Positions 19,432 through 27,656 of a DNA stretch of 64,000 bases are shown here, one piece after another. This stretch comes from Bdellovibrionota bacterium FG-1 (GTDB lineage: Bacteria > Bdellovibrionota > UBA1018). The DNA lies in NCBI GenBank assembly GCA_051382295.1, contig JBBCAW010000002.1, positions 23,641 through 87,640 on the forward strand, in the 5' to 3' direction. A program made the position numbers and the translations under genes. Numbering within the stretch: the stretch's first letter is position 1; each line of letters opens with the position of its first letter. The notes under the pieces were generated by a model, which worked only from the letters and a program-made list of their open reading frames with translations, searched no databases and was not told where the DNA came from.

Positions 19432-20262
19432 TTAAAACGCGCCAGCGGTAATAAGGCTACAAGTATCGAGGATTGATTTCAGCGTCAGATTTTTTTCATT
19501 CAGATGGCGCGTCAGGTAGTTGTCGATTTGTGTTACGCCGGCTCGTGCAGCGGTCCGTCGTTCCGCAGGGGTTCCGTGATGGCTCGGCTCTTCAGAATTG
19601 TTATCGCCAATTGAAAAAGCGGCGTCAAATACGCCATCCAACATTGAATTTCTCAAAATGAGCGGAAGTGATCGCCCATACGAGAGATTGAGCAAAGCTG
19701 CCCCCGTGCAATCGGCAGTCAGCTCGATGCGTTTTTTAGTTTCATCATCGCGAAAGAGATTACTTTCCCAGTATTGCATCTGGTGGGCCATCTCATGAAG
19801 AAGGACAAAATTGATCATGAGCGATGAGTCGGTTTTTTTTGACATGGACTGAATGGACTGATTGATCTGAATCCACGTATTAGGGTCAATCAGGATAAAG
19901 CCATTCGAGGAAGAGTGAATATTCGGGCTTTTTTGGCTGACCATCACGACGCAGGTGCGGTGGGTGCTTGCCCAAAGGTCGCCACGGGCGATAAAAGGAT
20001 CAATGGCTCGCGCTAAAATCTTTCGATAATTTTCGGTGATTTGATCGACGGTCCAGTTTTCTAGGCCCTCGAATTTGGCTTTTCCTGGAATGACGGTATC
20101 TTCATCGGGCTCTAGATTTTTTTGGATCTCCTCCGGGGGGCAGTTTTCGGAACGATAGGCATTGAGAATGCCGACCTCGGTGGGGTCCGCAGTCGCGCTA
20201 GCGGTGAGGGGATAAGCCATGCTGAGGAGGCCTACAAAACTCAGGAAGCGAAAAAGATTCAT
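19432..20262 (-). CDS. Exported neutral zinc metallopeptidase-like protein
   Basis: Signal peptide, HEMAH, ELTADC, HGTPAERR. Confidence 0.8.
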   Translation of the reverse strand: MNLFRFLSFVGLLSMAYPLTASATADPTEVGILNAYRSENCPPEEIQKNLEPDEDTVIPGKAKFEGLENWTVDQITENYRKILARAIDPFIARGDLWASTHRTCVVMVSQKSPNIHSSSNGFILIDPNTWIQINQSIQSMSKKTDSSLMINFVLLHEMAHQMQYWESNLFRDDETKKRIELTADCTGAALLNLSYGRSLPLILRNSMLDGVFDAAFSIGDNNSEEPSHHGTPAERRTAARAGVTQIDNYLTRHLNEKNLTLKSILDTCSLITAGAF

Positions 20263-20379
20263 AATCCCTCTTTTTTCAGCCCGTTGGAAGGGCGTGGAGG
20301 GGTTCTATAAGGAATGTTTCAAAAAAGCAAGCAAAACAACGCTGAGCGTCATTTTAGTTTTAAGAGCTGAGGGATATGG

Positions 20380-20463
20380 TTAAAGGGAATGGGAGAGGCC
20401 CCGCTTCGTTCTGTCGTCCTCAGTGAAAGCGCGATAGGCATTGGAATCGACCGCGAGTCTCAT
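20380..20463 (-). pseudogene. Stub of a VapC/PIN toxin
   Basis: MRLAVDSNAYRAF then stop after 27 aa; ATGA overlap with upstream antitoxin. Confidence 0.7.
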
Positions 20464-20654
20464 TTCCAGTCCCTTTTGTCGATTTTGCGTTGCGCGCGAA
20501 GTGCCCGGTTGGTTTCAGGGTCTGCGACCCAACTACCGATTAAAAAATCCAAATCGTGGTATTTCGGAGGTGGAGCCCCGATACCTGCTTCTTTTTCAAG
20601 GGCGCGGTCAACCGCATTGGAGACGTTTCGAATGGTATATTGGCGTGCCTTCAT
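20460..20654 (-). CDS. FitA/VapB-like antitoxin, apparently shortened internally
   Basis: QYTIRNV...VDRAL and DLDFLIGSW..D....AL..QRKID patterns. Confidence 0.65.
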   Translation of the reverse strand: MKARQYTIRNVSNAVDRALEKEAGIGAPPPKYHDLDFLIGSWVADPETNRALRAQRKIDKRDWK

Positions 20655-20659
20655 AGTGA

Positions 20660-20688
20660 TGCCTACATGATAGCAGAATATGTAGGCA
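20660..20688. promoter_or_regulatory. Inverted-repeat operator of the TA locus
   Basis: TGCCTACAT-N11-ATGTAGGCA perfect 9-bp arms, overlapping a TGnTATCAT extended -10 on the minus strand. Confidence 0.7.
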
Positions 20689-20727
20689 GATGTTGAGCGA
20701 GTGTAGAATCCATTTGTTTTCGAAGCC

Positions 20728-21087
20728 TTATTGGGCGGTCGTCTCGTACATGCAGATTGAAAAGCAGCGAAGGCCGTAGTTAGTATTCTCGAATAAGGGT
20801 TCCCCTACTACTCTGCCAGAGAATGTGAGGCGGCATTCGTCTTCAGTAGCTTTGAGTGCCAAAGCATGCCGTTCCTTGCTTACTTGGTCGGAGGTCCAAA
20901 TCCAGGTATTCGGTTGTGCGGCAACGATAATTTTGTACTTTAGTTCGCCTGTGCGTGTTGTTGGTAATCGTTCGCCCTGGTCTTGGGAAAATGTGTCCGC
21001 ATCGAGTTGTTCCATTTTGCGAACTTTACCGTCTTCGTTGCCCGCATGCGCGAGACTCATGACAAACAAACTCGCAAACGAAATCAT
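20728..21087 (-). CDS. Small exported hypothetical protein
   Basis: Signal-like ...FASLFVMSLAHA; directly follows TIGR02147 gene. Confidence 0.6.
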   Translation of the reverse strand: MISFASLFVMSLAHAGNEDGKVRKMEQLDADTFSQDQGERLPTTRTGELKYKIIVAAQPNTWIWTSDQVSKERHALALKATEDECRLTFSGRVVGEPLFENTNYGLRCFSICMYETTAQ

Positions 21088-21089
21088 TA

Positions 21090-21911
21090 TTACTTTTTCT
21101 CAGTTTCTTTTAAAGGTTGACTCACGGGGAAAATTTGAACCGTAAATTGATACACTCGTTTAGGTGAACCTCGCGCTTCAAGGTCCTGGGCGAGGGTTCG
21201 CCTGAATTTTCGAATTTCTTCGCGTGCATAAGGAATTTGGGCCGGATCGATTGCAAAGGTCATCGACGAAAAATCGCGATTCTCCTCGGGCTCGTTTTCA
21301 ATCGATTCGATCGCCTTAAGCATCAATTGCTTTTGAAATTTTTTCGTCGCCGCCGTGGGGACGTTGTTGCCGATCCGAATTGGGGCGGTGGCCTGTTTCC
21401 ACCGGCCATCCACCTGGTCGACAATTTCCATGCGCTGCAGCCGTTCCATCGCGGCGGTGGCCTCGATGTGCGAGATGCCGAGGTGACGGGCGATCCAAGA
21501 GGCCTCAAATTGCGCCCCGGGAATTTCAAGAAGGCTTAAAATCGCGTAATGGTACCAGTCCGAAATGAGCGCAAAGGAGTCCAAGGACATTTGGTAGACA
21601 CTGGTTTCATTCAGAGGAGAAGACGAAGGGGGAGGGGCGAGTGCCCGGCGGAGGGGCTTCGTGTTGGCCCAATCCAGTAGGGCAAGGCACTCATCGGAGC
21701 GAAGCGAAAGTCGATCCGCAATCCGGTGCGCGGCTTGTCGGGAGAGGGGGCGCTTGCCGCTCAGAACCAGCGAGAGAATCGTCGGGCTCAGCTCAAGAGC
21801 CTTCGCGAAGGCTCGCAGCGAATACCTGGGATTGGCTTTGCAGCGACGCTCGAGTTCGCGCTGTAAAAGCAATCGGGGATTGAGGGTAGCTCTGGTCTGC
21901 TCGGTTTTCAT
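21090..21911 (-). CDS. TIGR02147-family protein (HTH + DUF4423-like)
   Basis: NPRYSLRAFAKAL, ISDWYHYAIL, RDFSSMTFAI, VYQFTVQIFP. Confidence 0.85.
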   Translation of the reverse strand: MKTEQTRATLNPRLLLQRELERRCKANPRYSLRAFAKALELSPTILSLVLSGKRPLSRQAAHRIADRLSLRSDECLALLDWANTKPLRRALAPPPSSSPLNETSVYQMSLDSFALISDWYHYAILSLLEIPGAQFEASWIARHLGISHIEATAAMERLQRMEIVDQVDGRWKQATAPIRIGNNVPTAATKKFQKQLMLKAIESIENEPEENRDFSSMTFAIDPAQIPYAREEIRKFRRTLAQDLEARGSPKRVYQFTVQIFPVSQPLKETEKK

Positions 21912-21920
21912 GACTAGGCG

Positions 21921-21949
21921 TGTATAGCGAAGGGTGCGCGGCGTGTCAA
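21921..21949 (-). promoter_or_regulatory. Sigma70-type promoter
   Basis: TTGACA-N17-TATACA, 9 nt before ATG at 21911. Confidence 0.7.
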
Positions 21950-22170
21950 TTCTTTTGAAAACAAAGTGTTTGCATTGAATTTGAAAACACTCAGATAGAG
22001 GAGCTAAATCGAGTGAACATTTTGAATAAATTAAGAAAAATCAAGCGATGGACGATAAGGATCCGTGGGGTTTCGTAACCGCATAGGGACAATTCGCTCG
22101 GCCGCTTTCGCAAGCGGGTGGAGTGACGGGGTGGTTGACAGCAGTATTCTGTTCGTGTCACTATATACAC

Positions 22171-22401
22171 ATGAAACGTACAAATCTTGTGCTTGATGAG
22201 GAGCTTCTTAAGACTGCCACCCAAGTACTGGGGGCTAAGACTTATTCGGCGGCGGTTAATCAGGCGCTTGCCGAGGCGATACGGACTGCAAAAATCCGGG
22301 GGCTTGCTGAATTTTTTGGCACGGGAGTATGGGAAGGCGAGTTATCAGAAATGCGAGAAGATCACCCTGTTTCTCGTTCGCGGCCGCGGCGCAAATCATG
22401 A
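22171..22401 (+). CDS. vapB: VapB-family antitoxin
   Basis: MKRTNLVLDEELL...TYSAAVNQAL...WEGELSEMR; ATGA overlap with vapC. Confidence 0.88.
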   Translation: MKRTNLVLDEELLKTATQVLGAKTYSAAVNQALAEAIRTAKIRGLAEFFGTGVWEGELSEMREDHPVSRSRPRRKS

Positions 22402-22787
22402 TTTTGATCGATACGTCCATTTGGATTGATCTGCTTGGTAAATCGCAACGTCATCAAGTCTCTGCTGAGCGAATGCTCGAGTTTGCCACCTGTTTCCCTG
22501 TGATCCAAGAGGTTTTGCAGGGAATCAAAAATGACTTAGCTTTTCACCGAATTAAGGATGGGTTGATGGCACTTCCCCGCTTGGGTGATCCTTTGAATGC
22601 CGAACTTTTTATTGAGGCCTCTGAAATATTTAGATCGGGGAGACGCCGGGGGCTGACCATTCGATCCTCAACTGATTGTTTAATTGCGGCAATAGCGATT
22701 CATCATCGTTTACCTGTTTGGCATGCGGATCGCGATTTTAGGGCCATTGCTACCTTTACTAATCTCAGGGAAATATCAAGCTTATGA
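22398..22787 (+). CDS. vapC: VapC PIN-domain toxin (intact)
   Basis: ILIDTSIWID, QEVLQG, TDCLIAAIA, HADRDF. Confidence 0.92.
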   Translation: MILIDTSIWIDLLGKSQRHQVSAERMLEFATCFPVIQEVLQGIKNDLAFHRIKDGLMALPRLGDPLNAELFIEASEIFRSGRRRGLTIRSSTDCLIAAIAIHHRLPVWHADRDFRAIATFTNLREISSL

Positions 22788-22927
22788 TCAATGCTCATCG
22801 CGGCTTTTATCCGGTTGTCGTCTCGGATTGTGTCTCGTCCATGGACCGAGAGGCGCATGAACGGTCGCTCAAAAATCTCGAAAAAATAGTGATCGTCAAA
22901 AGTAGGGGTGAAATATTGAATCCTTAG
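22784..22927 (+). pseudogene. C-terminal fragment of an isochorismatase/cysteine hydrolase family protein
   Basis: Manual translation ...HRGFYPVVVSDCVSSMDREAHERSLKNL... Confidence 0.6.
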
Positions 22928-22959
22928 AGGGAGGAGGATTGGGGTCGGTCGCTGAGATC

Positions 22960-24285
22960 TCAAAGATTTAATGTGAGCAAGAATTTCCAGGTGGGCAAAA
23001 TATGGATGAGCCGTGAAGGGTTCCCGGGCAGAGGGATGGTTTTTTCTTCATTCCAAGTAATGATCCATCCTTCCATGAGGGAGAGTTCGTCCATCGCTTG
23101 CTGAAGGGCTAGAATTTCCCGTTCGCGCGTTTGGGGATCGCTCATGTCATAGCAGACTTGGATGAGTCGAGGGGTGGCTGTTGGAAGGACAAAATCTACT
23201 TCAAGCCCTTTGGTCGTTTTGTAATATCGAATGTCCTCGTGAAAACGGCGAAGCTCCATAAAAATCCAATTTTCAAGAATTCGCCCTTCTTTTCCATTAA
23301 ATCGCGTGGTCAAAAGCCGAAGAAACCCGAGGTCCACAACGTAGAGTTTTACCGGATTGACGCGCTCTTTTTGAAGTGAATCTGTGTAAATGGGGACTCG
23401 GTAAAGGTAATAAGAATCCATGACCCAGTTCTGGTATTGGGAAAGGTGCGAAACGGAGATCGGCAGTCCAAGTGCTTTGAGTTGTTTTTGGGTTTTGTTG
23501 ATCGTCGAGAGTGTTGCGGCCTGGTGGGTCCAGGTTTTGAGCACCAGCTCGATGGTCTGGGGCTGTGTGAGGGCATATCTTTCGATGAGATCACGCGATA
23601 ACAAAGTTCGATAGTATTCGGTTAAAATTTTGCGGGCGATCAGAACTGAGACGTGAGTGACCTCGGGAAAGCCTCCGCGTTGAAAATAGTCTTGGCAGAG
23701 CGATTGAATTTTGCGGCGAAGAGTGGGGGTTTCGGGTAATTGCGGTGCGGTTCCAAAGGCCAACGCGTATTCCCGAAAGGAAAAAGGAAAGAGCTCGTAA
23801 CTTAATGTGCGCCCTCGGAGTTCGGTGGCGATGTCGCGAGATAAGGCGTGGGAGGAGGAACCGGTGAGCCAGATTTCGTAGTGTCGATTGCGGTTGAGAC
23901 GCTCCACGAAGAAGGACCAGTGAGGCGCTAGCTGAATTTCGTCAAAAAACCAGTAGACTCGATCGTGTTTTCCGGTCAAGGGCCAGGCTCGTAGGTAAGT
24001 ATCTTCGATCTGCGTTAAAAGGCGGTCTGGCATAGGATGCCATCGTTCGTCCGCAAGTCGAACGCTGACGATCCGGTGTTTGGGTATTCCCTTCTGAATG
24101 AGTTCTTTTTTAATTTGGTCCATTCGAAAGGACTTGCCGCACCTTCGAATTCCAGTGACGACACCGACCTTGCCAGGAACCTGTTCGAGGACCAGTTCTC
24201 GCGAAATACCCGTTTCAAGGTGTTCAAGTTCATCTTGTTCTTCTTGAATGATTTCGAGGATATTTTCAAAAAGATCGATTTCCAT
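22960..24285 (-). CDS. AAA_14 / DUF4143 ATP-binding protein
   Basis: GIRRCGKS, FFDEIQ, TGSS, GGFPE, KLYVVDLG, EVDFV. Confidence 0.93.
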   Translation of the reverse strand: MEIDLFENILEIIQEEQDELEHLETGISRELVLEQVPGKVGVVTGIRRCGKSFRMDQIKKELIQKGIPKHRIVSVRLADERWHPMPDRLLTQIEDTYLRAWPLTGKHDRVYWFFDEIQLAPHWSFFVERLNRNRHYEIWLTGSSSHALSRDIATELRGRTLSYELFPFSFREYALAFGTAPQLPETPTLRRKIQSLCQDYFQRGGFPEVTHVSVLIARKILTEYYRTLLSRDLIERYALTQPQTIELVLKTWTHQAATLSTINKTQKQLKALGLPISVSHLSQYQNWVMDSYYLYRVPIYTDSLQKERVNPVKLYVVDLGFLRLLTTRFNGKEGRILENWIFMELRRFHEDIRYYKTTKGLEVDFVLPTATPRLIQVCYDMSDPQTREREILALQQAMDELSLMEGWIITWNEEKTIPLPGNPSRLIHILPTWKFLLTLNL

Positions 24286-24446
24286 CTTGGTTTTAACTAT
24301 ACAGAAAGTGTTCGCTTATGGCAAATACTTTTGGCATAAAGTGTTCTGTGAATGTGAGTACTTTGATATTTCATGAACAAAGCGCAGTGCATTATTCGCG
24401 ATCTCCTCTTGCCTGTTTTATAGACCGAGGGGTATGGGTAGGGGAT

Positions 24447-25421
24447 ATGGCGATCGCAAAAACGTTGGATACGGTGCTTCTTTTGGCTCTCCCTGCTTCA
24501 GGCAAATCCGAGGTTCGTAAATACCTCGCAAATCTCACCTCTGATCAATGTGGAAACGATTTTCACATGGGCCCGACGGCCCAGTTGGATGATTTTCCTT
24601 ACGTGCATCTCATGCACTGCTTGGACGAGGCGTTGGTCGCTCGCGGAAAATCGCGGGTTTATTTTCTCGCTCCCGATCGTCCTTTTCAGGACCCTCGCCA
24701 CTGGGGAACCTTGATTGAGTTATTGAACGAAGACTATGCTGACCTGCATGCACAAAAGCAGTTTCATCCCAAATCGGCGGCCATTCATTATATGGATCGC
24801 TTTGATCGGGCCGCAAAAGTCGTAGGAGCAAGCCAAATAGGGGCCTTAGATGACGAGACCCGTTTTGCGGTTGCAGATCGCGTCGAAAAGGAAGCTCGGG
24901 CTCTTTTAGAGGAGCAAAATGAATCGTATGCGCAAGATTTGAAGGGCAAGACCGTCGTGATCGAATTCGCCCGCGGTGGGGCCCACGGTTCTTCGTTGCC
25001 GCTCGCGGAACCTTTTGGTTACCGTTACTCTTTGGGACGTCTTTCGTCCGAGATCTTGAGCCGCTCGAGCATTTTGTATATTTGGGTTACGCCCGAAGAA
25101 TCCCGGCGCAAGAATCAAGCCCGCACGAATCCCAACGACCCAGGATCCATCTTGCATCATGGCGTGCCGATGGAAGTGATGATGAACGAATACGGAATCG
25201 ACGATATGCAGTGGTTAGAAGAACATTCGAGCAAGCCCGGAACTGTGACGGTCACGCGGGACGGTAAGATGTTCATGTTGCCGATTGCGCGCTTTGATAA
25301 TCGCGTGGATAAAACCAGTTTCATTCGCGAAGACAAGGCTAAGTGGAACCCCGAGCATGTGAACGCGGTTCATGAAGGTCTTAAAGGCGCGCTGACTCGG
25401 CTTCAGGCTGAGCGGGGTTAA
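24447..25421 (+). CDS. Conserved hypothetical P-loop protein
   Basis: LLLALPASGKS Walker-A-like at the N-terminus, VVIEFARG. Confidence 0.8.
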   Translation: MAIAKTLDTVLLLALPASGKSEVRKYLANLTSDQCGNDFHMGPTAQLDDFPYVHLMHCLDEALVARGKSRVYFLAPDRPFQDPRHWGTLIELLNEDYADLHAQKQFHPKSAAIHYMDRFDRAAKVVGASQIGALDDETRFAVADRVEKEARALLEEQNESYAQDLKGKTVVIEFARGGAHGSSLPLAEPFGYRYSLGRLSSEILSRSSILYIWVTPEESRRKNQARTNPNDPGSILHHGVPMEVMMNEYGIDDMQWLEEHSSKPGTVTVTRDGKMFMLPIARFDNRVDKTSFIREDKAKWNPEHVNAVHEGLKGALTRLQAERG

Positions 25422-25424
25422 TGG

Positions 25425-25829
25425 GTGACTTCGGACACGCGTTCAAAACAGCGGTTTAGTAATTTTTTGAAGGCCCTCGTTCTTTATCAGGAGGCCGCAG
25501 GTTCGGCGCTTTCGAAGCTTGAGCTAGAAGGCTTGACTCAGCGTTTTGAGTACACGTTTGAGTAGGCCTGGCAAACGCTTCAAGATCTTCTTACTGAACG
25601 AGGGTATGCCGAAATCCGAGGTCCGAGGCCGGTCATTGAACAGGCTTTTCAGGATGGGATCATTTCGGATGGGCCGGTGTGGCTTCAAATGCTCAAATCT
25701 CGAAATGAGATGTCGCACTTGTACGATGAGGCTACCTTTGAGACAGTGTCGCAGGCGGTGACAGGTCCCTATCTTTTGGCACTTCAAAATTTCAAAGCCG
25801 CTTTTACCAAGTTAAATTCATCGGGGTGA
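25425..25829 (+). pseudogene. HI0074-family HEPN toxin interrupted by one in-frame TAG
   Basis: QRFEYTFE*AWQTLQD...RNEMSHLYDE; TAG at 25563-25565. Confidence 0.88.
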
Positions 25830-25839
25830 AGGGATCTTG

Positions 25840-26166
25840 ATGAAAACGCTCACTGCTATTCCCGGCATTTCGTCCCTTTATAGCAAGCAAATTTTGGGGC
25901 TTTTTTCTGCACTTCCTCAAGGCACCTCGGTGATTCTTTTTGGCTCCCGCGCAAAAGGAAATTATAGGGAGGGCTCTGACGTTGATCTGGCTCTTCGTGG
26001 CGCCGAAGTCAGCTTTGAGGATCGCGATCGCCTTTTGCAGGAGTATGAAAATTTGAACCTTCCCTGGAAGTTGGATGTGGTGCTTTACGATCGACTGGAA
26101 AATCTCGAGCTCAAAGAGCACATCGATCGAGTGGGGTGCTTGCTGGCTTCGCGAGACAGCTCCTGA
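25840..26166 (+). CDS. Minimal nucleotidyltransferase (MNT antitoxin)
   Basis: LFGSRAKG..REGSDVDLA, LPWKLDV; downstream of HEPN. Confidence 0.9.
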   Translation: MKTLTAIPGISSLYSKQILGLFSALPQGTSVILFGSRAKGNYREGSDVDLALRGAEVSFEDRDRLLQEYENLNLPWKLDVVLYDRLENLELKEHIDRVGCLLASRDSS

Positions 26167-26992
26167 GTTGTTCCAGATCAGAGGGTGAGATCGGCGACTT
26201 GGGCTGGTTCGCCCCCGTGATCGGTGCGGCATTGCTTGACTGGCGGACGGTAGTTTCAAGCCACTCCTGATCCAGCGGATGATTCAGGAGTTCTCGCTGA
26301 TTCGTTGCCACGGTCGTTTCATCTTTTGTGCCGACGCTGCAGCCACGTCCCACAAAAAAGCCGGCTAAGAGTAAGGTGACCCGCACCGCAGTGGATCGAG
26401 TGTAGTTGGTCATCATACAGGGCGTTTCTGGTCTCAGGCGATGCCGAAGATTCTTGAAATGTTCGAGCATCCACATTTCTGGATTATAGGTCGGTGAATA
26501 GGGGTCATAGAAAATCGCGTGGGGTGCGGGCAAGTCGCGCTCTCGCCGGACCACCTCGTCGAATTCACCGAGATGAAGTTGCCAGCGAATTCGCGGTCCG
26601 GCATTGACGGCACAATCTGAAAGCAGCTGGATGATTTTTTGGCGATGGGGCTCGAGGTAACCCAGTTCGCGGGCATGGTTTAGCGCGAAATCGAGAGGGG
26701 CGGTGGTTTTGTCAAAGCTATGAATTTCAATATCAGCAACCGCGTTTTGGAGGGCCTCGATGGCCGTAAGAACGTTAGCAGCTGCTCCTAGCCCGACATC
26801 CCAGATCACAAACTTGCCGGGGGTTGAGCAGCGCTCGACGAGTCGCTGTTGCTCAACGTGCAATATTTTAGCTTCAAGGCGGGGGCCGGTCCCTGGGTGA
26901 AATATTTCGCGATTGGCTTTGGCCCGCAGGCTGATGACTCCCGATTTGAGAGTCACTAGTTCAAATTCGCTGTTTTGCGTGTCTTTTGTCAC
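26111..26992 (-). CDS. MnmC/MnmD-like SAM-dependent methyltransferase
   Basis: DVGLGAAAN, IFYDPYSP..NPEMW, LLLAGF. Confidence 0.8.
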   Translation of the reverse strand: MTKDTQNSEFELVTLKSGVISLRAKANREIFHPGTGPRLEAKILHVEQQRLVERCSTPGKFVIWDVGLGAAANVLTAIEALQNAVADIEIHSFDKTTAPLDFALNHARELGYLEPHRQKIIQLLSDCAVNAGPRIRWQLHLGEFDEVVRRERDLPAPHAIFYDPYSPTYNPEMWMLEHFKNLRHRLRPETPCMMTNYTRSTAVRVTLLLAGFFVGRGCSVGTKDETTVATNQRELLNHPLDQEWLETTVRQSSNAAPITGANQPKSPISPSDLEQLRSCLAKPASTPLDRCAL

Positions 26993-27097
26993 TGAACTCC
27001 CTCATTCTTTCTTGGATAGCGTGCATGATGAATTGCATGATCCTCTCAAGAATGGCGAGCGATTAATTTATTTCAGGTGACGGGGCCGTTTACTGTT

Positions 27098-27379
27098 TTA
27101 GCGAGATTGCTCGATTACCCTGGCCTTGATGGTGGTAGGGCCCGTGCGTTCGGTTTCGACTTTGGCGTAGGCCGTGCCAAAGGTGTTGGATCCTTCGATC
27201 AAAAACGTGTAGCAATCAAAGCATCGGCCTTGTTCGATTTGTTTGACTTCGGTGATTTGAGAAAGGTTCGTGGCGGCTTTGACCGCTGCTACAACCGCTG
27301 CAGGTGAAGCGGCCATGGCGGTAGCAGAAGTCATCGACAAAACAGTGGTTAGTAGAGCGAGGGTAAGAGTGGTTTTCAT
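27098..27379 (-). CDS. Small exported protein
   Basis: Signal peptide, RCFDCY, RBS AGGA. Confidence 0.75.
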   Translation of the reverse strand: MKTTLTLALLTTVLSMTSATAMAASPAAVVAAVKAATNLSQITEVKQIEQGRCFDCYTFLIEGSNTFGTAYAKVETERTGPTTIKARVIEQSR

Positions 27380-27571
27380 AAAGTATCCTGAGTTAAAAAT
27401 TAAAGAACAGTCGGCGTGCTTGTACTGAAAAATAACTCAATGCGCAACTTAGTTTAGAAGAAAGTGTTAACAGTTGTTTACAGCGGGTTAGCGCTGCGCT
27501 CGCGAGCGTCCCGGGTCAGTGCCTCGAACTGCCTCCGCGCGGCAGTAAACCCCGTTGGGTGGCACCCTATC

Positions 27572-27632
27572 AATAACAAACTCCCACTTTCTTGGCATCA
27601 CAGCGTGATGGAGAAAGTGGGAGCCCGTTATT
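27572..27632 (-). terminator. Long 3' stem-loop downstream of the DUF6600 gene
   Basis: AATAACGGGCTCCCACTTTCT...AGAAAGTGGGAGTTTGTTATT on the minus strand; mismatches are G-U pairs; no clear U-tract. Confidence 0.6.
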
Positions 27633-27656
27633 TGGATCGACTGAACTCAGCCGCTC

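Noticed and set aside
25563..25565. TAG recoding (pyrrolysine or alternative code)
   Set aside because: TAG ends normal genes here (for example plsX, mazF); single isolated case
26111..26166. Convergent 56-bp overlap of MNT and methyltransferase genes as antisense regulation
   Set aside because: More simply explained by a stop-codon shift at an insertion junction
16989..27632. Integron cassette array (TA-rich zone; hairpin with AAC...GTT ends at 27572)
   Set aside because: Genes face both directions, no recurring attC-like sites, no integrase; the hairpin fits an RNA stem better
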